Shown here: positions 40,225 through 53,761 of the stretch, piece after piece
How the letters are laid out: every line of letters starts with the position of its first letter
Numbering within the stretch: position 1 is the stretch's first letter
Source of the DNA: Octopus vulgaris
Lineage: Eukaryota
Reading direction: 5' to 3'
Length of the DNA: 64,000 bases
Assembly (NCBI GenBank): GCA_951406725.2
Contig: OX597814.1
Location: forward strand, 41,230,001-41,294,000
Position numbers and translations under genes: made by a program
Notes under the pieces: model-generated
What the model was told of the DNA's origin: nothing
What the model saw: only the letters and a program-made list of their open reading frames with translations
Database searches by the model: none

Positions 40225-42271
40225 AGTAGAGGATACTTATAGTTACAGGATTACATAAATTTAATAAAATATTAAGTAATGAATGGCTGTGCTGGCGAAG
40301 GATGGTTAGTGATTCTCCAAAACGTAATTTACTCATGCCGATGTCTTCGTTGCATGGAGGAAACTCTCTTACGATGGGCCAGGATCGTTTTTGCATACGA
40401 AGAACGTTTTTGCATATATAAGTTGCTAAGGAGGTAGATAATTTATAATTTGAATTCGAGTGTGGGCGACAGCGTTGTACGAAATCAACGATGCTGCCAT
40501 GGTGAGAGCGTGATGTTATAACACATCTCCTGTAGACTACATTTTTACCCAGACAAAAACATCCAAAAGGACAGATTTGGGAAACATAACAAACGCAGGT
40601 TTTCGTACCTGCTCTGTACTGGGAGTTTACCGCTGGTAAGATAAATATGCTATGTACCTGTATAAGTTAATAAGAACTAGAAGTAAAATCGGTATCAGTA
40701 TTGAATTGAGAGTTTCGCAACTGGGGTTACTGAGGGCTGTATTATTGACACTAGGTGGGTTAAAGTGCGGTGCAGTTTGACCAATTTTAGGTCCCAGGGA
40801 GTGGCTTTGTAGATCCCAAATTAGGTATGGCAGAGGAAGATATTTTAACATATTATTTATTATAGGTCATATAGTTGCTATACTGTGGTATGAAAGCAGT
40901 GTTTAGGATTTTAAAGAATAATATTGATAGAGAATTAACTTGGATACACAGAGGTGGTGTGAAACATAGGATCCCACGCTTCCCGCTCTTGGAATATGTT
41001 CATTGTGTGGTTATGGTGGGTGGATCTAGAGAGGGAGGCTTACAGTTATTATGGACTTGAGGTGGCCAGTGGGGCTGTTGAGTGCGATGCGTTGTTTTTT
41101 TGTTTGTTTTTTTTTTAAGTTTCTGTGAGTTGATGTATTGATGTTGAGTGGAAGAAAAGTATGTGAAGAAATGCATAATTTCGAAGTTCAAAGACACCTA
41201 ATTTTCTAATCTCTCATTAACCGCCAGAAAAATATTTACACTGCGTTTTTGCTTATTTTTCTGCGGTGTTATCGTCATTAATCTTTCAGAGGCACGCCAT
41301 CTTCAAATCGATTCTTTCATCTAATCAGTCATACACAGTCGGTTTCAACTTTTACTTTTAGATTTATACCAGTGTATATTATCTTTTCTAGTACAAACTG
41401 AATTGCACATGATATACAATTCATCGTGTTTTCTAACGTAATCTACTAGCTTATACTCAAATACAAACCTTCTATCATTATCTTCCCATATCGATATCAT
41501 TCAACTTTCGCTTACTCAACCTGGAGTAATATATGTTTCATATATATACTCAAAACCAACTGGCGCGTTACTACACAAATTTCATAACAATTTCAGCATC
41601 ATACGCACGCACACACACACACACATCTTTTGTTACGCCGACAGTCTGTAACAACAGTCAAACTGACAGTGCAGAAGACCGCGTAGGCGGAGGAATCATT
41701 TGTCAAAGAAGACCGAAAAGTTGGAAATAAAACAAAATGTCGAGTGTAACCAAAATACAAGAAGATTAATTAAGATGTCAATAACATTTATGGAATAAAT
41801 TAACAGTTCTTAAGAGAGATTTTAGAGAGTTATTTCATTTATATCTGCAAAGTGTAAACTTCTGATGCGCACTACTTTTATTCAACTGTCTAGTGAATTA
41901 CATTATATCTTTTATTATCTCATTTTCTTTTTCGATTGGACTCTTGATACTTCCGGATTCACGGTACCATTACGTCTTCTTTATGTTGTTATTGTCACAC
42001 TATTTTTGCAGTCAGTTCGAAACCGTCAACTGTTCGCATTAACCGCCGAAACCAACTTCACACTCAACACCAAACATTGTGTCAAATGTTCTACACGAAT
42101 TTTCCTTCCACCGTCTCACCTATTGACCAAATGGTACCAGCTACTAGATAAAGAAAAAATGCTCACGTCGACTGTCATCAAGTCAACCGCCTCACATCAT
42201 CATGTTCCAGCACGAAATTTATTTTTAATTAATCTCTACGCTCAAAACACTGATAGGACAGCACAAGGATA

Positions 42272-42712
42272 GGATCTTTTCGGTTTGAACGGCAGTTTTA
42301 ACATAATTTCTAGGTAACTAAAAAAATTTAAACTTCGTATACTGGTAGAATGTGTTTATAAAACATATTTTTCTCTTGTCTTTATTGAGAAAATTTTATA
42401 GTTTGTAAGATGTTTGTTGGTTTTTTTTCTTCAATTTCTGCAATTTCAACTAATAGATGACGTCCATTGAGGTAAAAATATTATGTGCCGTATGAATATG
42501 TCCCTCGTTTAAGAAACAGATTGGATTTATTTACATTTATGAAGAAAACAAATACCCTTCCCTCCAGCCCTAACCATTACCCTAACTAACCCTAACCAAC
42601 CCTAACCCTAAAACAGATTGAAATGCAATAGATCGATACTCGGCTCATAATTATGGGTGACAATTTCATATGACACCGCTAGAAAAAACTGCCGTTCAAA
42701 CTGAAAAGATCC
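42272..42712. mobile_element. MITE with 28-bp TIRs and 8-bp TSD (Merlin-like), containing CCCTAA repeats
   Basis: GGATCTTTTCGGTTTGAACGGCAGTTTT / AAAACTGCCGTTCAAACTGAAAAGATCC; flanks CAAGGATA and CAAAGATA. Confidence 0.9.
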
Positions 42713-43059
42713 CAAAGATATACAAAACATAGAAGCCGGGAGAATAAAATCGTATAAAAAGGAAAATAGGAAAAAAATTAAATGATAGAATGACGACTAC
42801 TCGAAGTCCACTCCTGAACAGTCGCACTGAACCTTTAATTACTTAGAATGTTCCAAATTCGAAAGCATATCAAAAACCAACCGAACCACGTACTCCCAAA
42901 TGTCGCTATACTAATCTTCAGGAGGCAATGCATCTGTGCGCACCTCTCTGTTTAGCTCCGCAATATCCGGCCCGAGTTTTTGTCTTAGTCGTTCGAAATC
43001 ACTCTAATGCACCAGCACATATTTCATGTCCTCTAAATTAACCTTTATGTTAGATTTGA

Positions 43060-43985
43060 ATTTATTAATTTCTCTTACCACTTTGCTATTTATCGACTCG
43101 TACGTCAAGGTTTGTCACTTTTTCCGTCGGGGTGGTTTTTGTGGGGATTGATAAGTGCCGTATTTGCATGTGTTTCTGTGGGGGAAAGGTTGGAATTAAC
43201 AGTGGGTGGAGTGGAAAGGAGATTGCTGTCTACTTTGGGTAGGCTATGTAAAGAAGGGATTGGAAGGACTGTAGAGGTGGATGTGTAGGGACTGGGGTAC
43301 TTGTGTAGTGAACTTTTCCTCTTCTTTTACCTCCTCTCACCATCGAAAATTGCATTCTCGGTCTATTGTTTCTCCACCTTTTCTCTTCAGTTAGTGGAGG
43401 CGAAATTGCTTATTCAGCAGGGCCATTTAGTGGTGTTACTGCTTGCAGTGGAGAACAGCCTGCTCTAATATGGACATTCTGACCACACTTGAGACATCGT
43501 GGTTTCCTGCCCTCCACTAACAAACTCAAATTTCTGTCTTGGTCTATCCAAATGTTGTTAAGTATGTTCTCTAGCACTTTAGAGAGGCCTGTATGTCATC
43601 GCAAACGGGTCTTAGACAGCTATCCACTTCATCTTTGGCAGCTATGTCCAGTCTTTTCGAATTTATGATAAATGTCTTGTAAATAACATGGCTAAGCAGT
43701 GCTAAGCTTTGCTTTGAGGGCGACGTCACTGGGAGGGGCGGTTCTTTTCCGCTAAGTTTCTTTTCTTAGTTCCATTAGATTTTGCAAAGTTTATTTCTTT
43801 TATAAACTGTTCCGCTGTGGGCATACTCCTTAATTCTGTAGAAAGAATAGTTGTAGTGGTACTTGGTTCGTAATTCGTAGTACTTGGTCCATGATCAGAA
43901 CATTTAGCCTTGGTTGGTGATGTCTCCATGTTTTAGTAATAATCTTTTTTTCCTTTTCTTTGTAGGTTTCCCCACAAGGGGAAAA
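43060..43985 (-). pseudogene. gag-like / LINE ORF1 relic with a CCHC zinc knuckle
   Basis: Minus strand LLVEGRKPRCLKCGQNVHIRAGC (knuckle 43455-43496) downstream of ATG 43929; stops and frameshifts present. Confidence 0.6.
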
Positions 43986-43988
43986 CGC

Positions 43989-44150
43989 GGATCTTTTCAG
44001 TTTGAACGGCAGTTTTTAACATAATTTCTAGGTAAGTAAAAAAAAATTAAACTTCGTATACTGGTAGAATATGTTTATAAAACATCTTTTTTCATGGCTT
44101 TATTGAGAAAATTCTATAATTTGTTAGATATTTGTTGCTTTTTTTCTTTA
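43989..44150. mobile_element. Truncated second copy of the MITE
   Basis: Matches 42272-42430 closely, then is lost into (TA)/(GA)/(TAGA)n. Confidence 0.9.
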
Positions 44151-44226
44151 TATGCATATATATATATCTACAGAGAGAGAGAGAGAAAAAAAAAACAGAG
44201 AGAAAGAAAGAAAGATAGATAGGTAG

Positions 44227-44336
<110 letters not shown>

Positions 44337-47300
44337 GCAGTGAACAAAATCTGCATGAAGATGAAGAAAGGAGCCACAAACACGGACAAAGGCAGCTTAT
44401 ATATTGCTAGATAATTTCAAGAATTACATCATATACATTTTAGCAAACTGCAAGATAAATCTCCTCCTGTCGCCCTAATACTCAAGAGTATAGATAAACT
44501 ACAGTCCATCTTCAAGCATGAAAAATAGTGGAAATAAAGTGGCCATGGGAACATTGTAGAATGAAATTCCAATCTGGTATAAACCTTGATACATGTGTAG
44601 CATCATTCAAGTGAAATATTTTGAAGGCAACAACTTTTCTGTAAAAAGCGATACCATAATTTGAAAACGCTTGCATTATTTGTACAGGCTTCGTGCACGC
44701 ACACGCACACACGAATACACAGTGATAGACGTATGTATGTAGACATGTATGTATGTATGTATGTATGTATGTATGTATGTATGTATGTACGTATTGTATG
44801 TATATTAATATATTATTATAGCCTAGAAAGGAAAGGTCATACCTTAAGGCATATTTTAGCAACGCTGAATGGGAAAGGTTGATGTCTTCAAGATGTTGTT
44901 GTTATATTGATATCTAAATTAACATGCCTCAGGAAAAAAGGCACTCTGAGTCGTGTGATATCTAATGGAAAGTTTTTATGCTTGAGTAAATCTCATCTCA
45001 TTAGCATGGTGTTTACTTGCGTTCTATGAAATGTTTGACAATCTAAAGTATACAAGTGTGTTTAGTAATTTGTTGCTGCAGGAAATTTGCTTAATTAAAT
45101 CTAATAGGAGTTAACAGAAAATTACTAAAAAGTGCCAATGGCAAGATGTTTAATTGCAATATTAGACGGAGAGAGAAAGAGAAAGAGAGATATAGAGAGA
45201 GAGATAGAAACTATCGGATGTGTACACGATAAAATAATAATTTACTCAAATTTTGTTCACGGACATATACCGAAATCAAAAGAAAGAAAAGATAAACAGC
45301 ACCAAAAATTTTAAACGCTGCAAAATAATGGGTAATAATTTCAGGAAATTAAAAATATATTCACGCTTCAAGTAAATTGGTTAGGACAGAGAACAATGTG
45401 ACTTAAAATGAGAAATCAAAAAGAGAAGAGGAAAACAGAGCAAATGTGTGTGTATAGAATTTTAAACAATTCTTTATATATGACTGCCATCAGTCAAATT
45501 TAAGGTCGGTATTTAGCAAAATCTGATCTTTCGTCACCACTTCCTGAAGCATTCACAAAATTCTGATAAATATTACGAACAACTACTAAATTAGCAACTG
45601 GATTGTTGTAAAGACGGTAATGGATCCCGAGGGAGGAGGCAAATCGCATATGCGGGACTGGGTTCTCGAGTGAAATTAGGAAATCTCAGATTCATTTATG
45701 CAACATTTGTTTTTACATATGAAGCGGATTTTTATAGAAACATTTACAAATATAACTTCAACTAATTCTAAGTACTTTGAGTGAAAGTTTTTTATTTAAC
45801 CATATTTATTTCAAACATTATCTTTTTTCTGTGATTTATTTATAAATCTGTATATTTAGTTTGTTAAATGCTAATTGTCATTTTTCTTCATTTGAATATT
45901 TTAATATTTTATATAGATTGATATGATGATTTCTTTTTTCATATTTATATTTGGCGAATGATATAAAAATCTGAGTGGGCATAGCTTTTAATATAAATCT
46001 ATGATACAAAAATCTGCCGTACCATACGTTTAGATATTTATGTCTATGTTTGTAAGTGTTATCTGCCTTTAGATATGGCTTCTTTTTTGAATGAGTTTAT
46101 ATTCCGCAGATTTTAATTTATTCTGTTTCCGTTTTTATTAGTGAGAGTTTCCAACTAAATGTTGTTGCTTCTCGATGTACGAAGTTTACAAAACTATTTT
46201 TTAAAATTATATTTTGACATAATTTTAAGAACAGTTTAATTTTTAAACAGGTTCCTATGATTAAATTATGGGATTATCAGTGCCTGGTGTCACATGCTTC
46301 CAGAATCGTGCAGAGTTAAATAACCACTCCAGAAAATGTTTTGTTTGTGACAGTCACCACCTAAACTCGCGAGTACAAAAAATCTGTTTTCAACTAATAG
46401 ACTATTATGAATCAAACGAAATTACTTAAATATAACACCAGAGTATTCTCACAATTTTGCAGTTTCTATTATCATTTAATATTTATTAGAAAGTATATTA
46501 TTTTTACACCCCATGTTAAGTACTTATTTAAACGGCAAATTTGATCGCCGCTAGATGATCCTCATCGGTTTGAATTCCTTGTGCTATGAGAGAACTGCGA
46601 GAAATTGCTTCCGATGTTAATGATACGAATGCGGTTGATGGCATTTGTACGAGTGATCAAATGTTTACATAAGTTTTGTGGTTAACAGCTAAATTGTGAT
46701 TTGCTAGGTAAAATTATACGAATGAAAAGCAATGGATTTCGAAAATAGGAACCTCAATGTTAGTACTATCGCATGCGATTACTTAAATGGCTCGATTTTG
46801 ATGCTGTACGCACACTAATACATATTTAGATTCAATAATTCGGGAGGTGCTCAGTAGACATAAGGCACAGAATATTTCTGATATGGAAAAGTCATGCATC
46901 AATCTAAACAAATAATATTGATAACAAACTACATTAAATCGTGCACTTAATAGAAAAAAAGACCCAGATAACAATTTATTGAATAACTATCCTACATATT
47001 TTAAAATAATCTCTGCGTAAGAATATCATTAATGTTCATTTATGTACAATCTGCTCAGAAGCAGGATGTATATAGAAAACAGAGCTCGCAAAATTTAGCA
47101 CAAACAGGTAAACAACGCCGTTGACGACAACATCGCCACAAACACAATGCATTGTGTTAAAGAAAGCGTGAGTATATAAAAAATTTATTGAACAATAACA
47201 TTACAATGCTCTGGAAATATTGCAAAAAGAGACTCTAGAAACTGAATATCCCGTCCATTGGCCTTACAGTTAATCGATCAACATAGAGATATTAGAAATG

Positions 47301-49419
47301 AACAGCCTGCACACGCAAGAAAATAAAGAACACCATCAATAATCGACATCCTGAAACATGTCAATTTTAGAAGAGATATCAAGAACACTTTTTTGTTGTA
47401 TGCACTTGTTGTTTTTTCAGTGTTCTATCATCAAATAATTATATACTTATTCGTGAAATGTCGAGATAATAATTATATCGTTAATGGATTGTTTTTTTCA
47501 GTTTTCGTAGCATCAGGTCTTTCGAGAGAATATTAAATTATATAAAGAATCCTCAAGAGGTCATTTGTGACATTACATATTCACTCACAAATATTCGCCT
47601 TATTATTTTTCGTTAACACAAATTGGTCTTTTGTATAATATTTGCTGATTGAAAATTTCGATTTAACAAAACTATACTTGCCTATAATGGCTTGCATTTT
47701 TACTTCTTCCAGTATTAATGACGTGTGCATGCGCGTATTCGCACTGATGAGTATGGATTCGTGTTATTTTATATACATAAGATAACTTAAATGAATACGT
47801 GACACTCATCCATATGAACAAACATTAAAATACTATAATGAGAACATACAATGAAAAGTGTAATCATGACAAATACACGATGTAATTGTTTTTATGCATT
47901 GATGCTGGTTTCGCACAAACACATTCTGATTTAAGATATTCGATGTCTATTTTCTTGAAGATAGATTCTAATAGATTGTGCTTTGCTTGTCAAATATATC
48001 AGGTATGTATTTTCTTTTTTTTTCGTTACATATGAAAGATATTTGTAGTTACTCATATGTATTCCCTATTTTCTTTTCGCTATACATAAAATAATTTTGT
48101 AGTCACTCACCATCGCTACTTAGTATAAACCTTTCAGAGTCAAAAATAACTTCATGTTAGTATATATTTATAAAATAATTTTAATGACTATACTTCAATA
48201 ATTCTAACATTGCACAGCTGGATGTCAGTGTTATTGGCAATATAACCAAAACTGTACCATTTCAAACTAAATGGGTTCATGTTATTCTACTGTCTGCATA
48301 TTTTCAAATTCCAAATGCTATCCAACTTGGAATTTGTCTGATAACTTCTGCCTCCAAAAAGGTAATCGATTATATTGAATGGGTTCGGTTCAATCTACTA
48401 ATAACGTATGAGAGATTCTGTCATCGTACATAAACATGCATATTTGTGCATAATCGAGGATCACATTACTCAAAATATTTTCCCACAAGTAAGCAGGATT
48501 CCGTTGTGCAATCATAATATATATTTCTTACGTTGTGTTCGCGGATAGTAGATGGTGTGTATCCAATGAGGTAACACTGCTAAAACTAACAGGTATTTAA
48601 GCAAAATGTGTTTGTGGATATTTGATGGGTTGGAAGTGGTACTGATGAAATAGCAATGACTCTTCACATATACATACACACCTATTAACTTTTTTTTCCC
48701 TATGCGATCACATTGTTGACATAAACCTATCCGCCTACGAAATGTCACAACATGCTGTTCTACATCTGAATCCCATATACAATATATAAAGATAAACATA
48801 AAATTGAGAATATCTCACTGCTAGTACAAGATGAAACCGAACGTTGACCCGTAAAGCTATAATATAATTCATATCGTATTATGTTTGCAAAACGAAATAC
48901 CTTGTTCTTGCCAGTCACTAATATGGATGTACCAGTTTCCACGAATATATTTTCTATTTAAATTTTCTAACAATGGGTGTTTGACTGCAAAAAGTAGTGG
49001 GTATTCAAGCAATATGTTCGAGGATATTTCATTGGTTGCATTCGGTGCTGATAAAAGTGCAACAACTCAGAAAAAATGTATATATATATCGTTTCCCTAT
49101 TGTTTTCTGTATCCGATCACATGGCTTGCGCAAACGTACGCGTTTACAAAACGCTATTACTTGCAGTTTCAGTACTTAATTTTAAAGGAAGTGTATAGAG
49201 ATAATATTATCAGATATAGTATAACTTAATCGTTACTCGCAATAAAAAAATAATAATATTGTGCAGACAAAATGTTGTGGATCCCAACCGTTTTAATTAT
49301 ACATGCTTCAGGTCCAGAATGTGTGGTATACAAAGTGAGGCAGTTCGGTTTCTTCTTTCTTCATCCGTGCACAGACAAACATTTAGATTTTACCGATTTA
49401 TTTTAAAATTATGTTTCAC

Positions 49420-49560
49420 AGTTCCAGAGATATAGGCAGTATCGTAACCATGTTGACGCATTTGTTCCAGCATTTGACAAATCTGTATATCAATGCAGTG
49501 TAATCCTTTTCAGCTAGACATGCAAAAACGTTCGTATCCGTATTAAGTCAACTGTGATCA
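49420..49560 (-). mobile_element. Mariner C-terminal relic
   Basis: Minus strand KDYTALIYRFVKCWNKCVNM (cf. FY..GI..LV.RW.KC). Confidence 0.5.
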
Positions 49561-49899
49561 TTCAGAGAACACGTGAGTTATACTTATATGAACATGTTTA
49601 TTTATCGTTGCCTTCATCCATTACTTATTAAGGCCTGTTACTGTCTTGATAGTATGATGCACACTATTATCCTTCACTACTTAATTAACCCACAGGACGG
49701 TTCTCCTTGTCATTCCTTAGCGTTTGTGTTTTCTTTTAAAGGCAGTGTATGGAGCTTCTATTGTTTAGAGCTTTACTCTCTTCTCTTTACATATCGTAAA
49801 CTGCTTCATTCTCTCTCAATATACTTAATCTAAAAACCTAAGTCAACTTCCTCTGACTTACACCTACACGTCACATTTAAAACTCCTATTGTTGTCTTT

Positions 49900-51960
49900 C
49901 TTTTTTGTTCACTGTAAAACTGGCATTTAAATGGAGCGGCATTGTATTCTCAACTCTGAATTACATTCTCTCAATTATGTTGATATCATCTGTTCATTCT
50001 GTGATTTCTACTACATATATTATTTGTCTTGCCGCACTCAAGTTTATTACTTCTGTGATATTTCCGCATTCAATTTGGATTTTAATGTTTTTGTTATTCC
50101 CGAAAGTATATTTACGAGAGGCTTTTCGTTCTTTTATGTATATTATATCTTATCAAATTCCATTATGCTGAGATACCTAAATATTTCTACATTTAGGTGC
50201 TTTATATTTTCACTACCAGGTAGATAAATTCCTGAAATTTTATGATTTGCAATGCTTCATATCCATCATAACACTTTCCTCGATTCCGAATTTCATTCCA
50301 ATATCTCAACTAAATATTCTTATATGATTCAATTGATTTTGGTTTTTTGCTATAGTATTCCATATGCAGGACATAATTCAATTCTTCTTTAAACATCCCC
50401 AGTGAAAATCTTTCATTACAAGCTCGAAAGTCATCATTATAGATAAAAATCAACATTTGCGAAAGTGCCCTATTGAATGTATCTTCTAACCTGGACAAAG
50501 TTTCTCTTTCTACTGCACGTGTTCATTTTGTATTATCTGATAGCATCTTGTAGCAGGCAGTTAACTTGAAGATTTCAATACCTTGAGCTGATTTATCAAC
50601 CGCTGATGTGTGATTCTACGTTCGGTTATGTATCTGTTAATAATCCCACACGTGGTGTACGGATTTGTAAATCTCTTTCAGAAATTCTTTACGACTATCT
50701 TATAGATTCATAGATTCATTCACAAATTCCCTGCTTTTCCAGAAGATATCTGATAGTAAATGTTACAGCATGAGGTGTTGCATGTGGAAACATTAATATT
50801 AAAAGCACTGGCCATCGGACTTGATGTGATTATCTCTTTTTTTTTCTTTTTTGCGTTTAGCCTTGTTAGAAATTACCATGCGAATGCAAGACGCACAATC
50901 GCAAATTTGAGGCACTGTAACTCTTAATTTCTGTTCAAATTTCTAAAGTAGTTCTATAGTTATACAAAGTGTATTGTTATTTACATATTTAGCTCTGTCA
51001 CTAGCCAATAAACATCATGGTCTGATCAAGCGCCTTGTCATTTCCCATCTCCTTTAATGTCAGTCGAACTGTTTCCGGAGGGTAGAATATTTCGCTGTAT
51101 CTACTTGTTTACCTGTATGCTTAGCATTTTGTGAATATTTGTACCTGAATGAACTTGTTTCCTTTTCATTTTGTATCATATAGTTTTTCTTTCTTTCGAA
51201 AATTTTACTTTAGAAATATACAAACTTTACTGCTTTGACTGAAATTGCCACTTCTATATATTTGGAGTGTATATTTATAATTTTTGAATCGTGACCTCAT
51301 CTCTTTATTTCTCCATTAGCACAGCGATTATTACCCGCCTACTTTACTCCGTGCATGATATATTTCTGTCAACTAAACATTTTCTTCTGTACTCATCAAT
51401 GTAATAAGTAACCTCCTCAAACTTATCTAGTTCCTATTTACACACATTTTTATTTCGAAAAACCGTATTTCTCAACGCAACACACTTCATAATTTTCTTT
51501 CCGTTTTCAACAAACTATTTGCACACAACTTACACCCCAGAGATAGCAAGTTATTGCTATCCCTACTGTTTTCAGAGCTCTTATCAATGAATTCTTTTCT
51601 TTTAATGTTTCTTTTATTTAAATACATTTCTATATTCAAATTGGATAATTATAAGGTATCTGATGCTTTGTGCTCTCCCTGTGTTTTCAAGGAACTCCAG
51701 TTCCTGGTAACAAGTCTGCATAAAATTCCCTTTCTACTTTCTCAGTCATCTTTGTCTTTACTTCATGTGAATAAGATGTATATTACTGGTCTATACCAGT
51801 AATATCCATCATATTGAAGATTACTACTGAGTTTTGGAAGGGTTATTGCTACATGTCTCATTCGGTTCGTATGCAACTTGCAAAATTTAGTTAATCTTAC
51901 GCTGTAATCCTTCAATTTAAGTGTTCGAGACTTATTTTCCATTCCGGAGTTGAGATAAAA
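49900..51960 (-). mobile_element. Very old Dong/R4-type LINE relic
   Basis: Minus-strand relics LNYVLHME (cf. LNHLLYMDD), DIGMKFGIEE and LKSKLNA; (ATT)-rich compound repeat at its 5' side. Confidence 0.6.
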
Positions 51961-52079
51961 TATTCTAATCTTATTTCAATGTTAATCTCCAGAATCATTG
52001 CTTCCTGGCTAAACATAGATTACTTTCACTCTACATATATTTTATCTACTGTAAATATGAAATGTAATAGCAGTAGCAC

Positions 52080-52569
<490 letters not shown>

Positions 52570-52570
<1 letters not shown>

Positions 52571-53530
52571 CCTTTGCACACACTGGAGATATGCTACGGT
52601 GTCAACTATTCACCACCACTGAACTAAGTTAGGACCTCTTATTTTACTATAGTGCGTCCCAGCTGACATACCTAAGTCCTTGGTATGAATTCAATTTTCC
52701 ATTATCTCATGTTTTCTGCTGATCCATATATTTCCCTTCATTTTGTTATTTAGGTGTGTGCTATTATACCGTATGCTGTAAGATAGTCAACCCATGCTAT
52801 GCTCAGATTTGTGAGTCTTCTCTTGCATTTCATGATAATTAGATTATCAATTAGCAGCAGAACTTTCGCTTGTCCTCTCTTTTTCCAGCACCCTTTATAT
52901 CGATTGAGACAGTCATATCGATGAAAAGGTATGAATTTTGTCTGACGTCTTTCAATATAATGTCTGGCCGATTTGCATCTAACTTTCTGTCAGTTTGAAT
53001 GGGGAAGTTCCAGAGGAGTAAGATGTGATCGTTTTCAATCACTGGACCTGGTTTGTGTTCCCACCAGTTGTTATCATAGGGCAGGTCCAGGTTTTTGCAA
53101 ATTACCCAGTGAATATATTGTGCAGCTCTATCATGTCTGTTGTGATACTCAGTAGGCGTAAGAAGTCTGCACTTAGAGACATGATCAATGGGTTCATTTT
53201 GTTGTTGACATACATAACATGTTGGTCAGCTGCTGCTCTTTAATATGTTGGCCTGGTAGCCTCTTATTGGTCGGCATTGATCTTGAGCTGCTATGATAAA
53301 ACCTTCTGTTTCTAATTTTAAGCCAGAATCCATTAACCATTGATAGGTAAGGGCGTTCTCAATATCGGCTCTATTTGGGTATTTGCCATTGAGAGATGTT
53401 TGTTGGCATTTATCAGTAAGAATATTTAAGGCAGCAGTTTTAGCATTGGCTTGCTATTTTTGTGCGTGTTTCTAGTAGTCTAATTCTGGAATTTATTGTA
53501 TCTGGAATTTACTTACATATTCCACAGCCT
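52570..53530 (-). mobile_element. Rearranged Dong-type fragments: RT piece at ~52690-52850 and family B C-terminal piece at ~52890-53530
   Basis: KCKRRLTNLSIAWVDY; LLWNFPIQTDRKLDANRPDIILKD..LFIDMT. 52900-53500 aligns to 19910-20560. Confidence 0.8.
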
Positions 53531-53556
53531 GTTTGGTTACTGTGTATGATGCTTTC

Positions 53557-53565
53557 TTGTTGTAG

Positions 53566-53597
<32 letters not shown>

Positions 53598-53612
53598 ATT
53601 CTTCTTCTTCTT

Positions 53613-53701
<89 letters not shown>

Positions 53702-53755
53702 CATCATCATCATCATCATAATCATCATTATCATCATCACATCACCATTATCATT
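53557..53755. repeat. Compound (TTG)n-(TTC)n-(TTA)n-(TCA)n microsatellite
   Basis: Directly visible. Confidence 0.95.
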
Positions 53756-53761
53756 TTTTAA

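Noticed and set aside
42568-42610. Telomere or chromosome fusion site
   Set aside because: Only a few imperfect units, internal to a MITE.
44430-44650. Possible host exons here, near 17620-17832 and near 47050-47170
   Set aside because: Splice-like signals occur but there is no consistent open frame or recognisable protein.
49412-49516. Cadherin-like exon (tttcacag|...PAFDKSVYQCSV)
   Set aside because: It lacks DxNDN, hits a stop at once, and the opposite strand reads as a mariner C-terminus.
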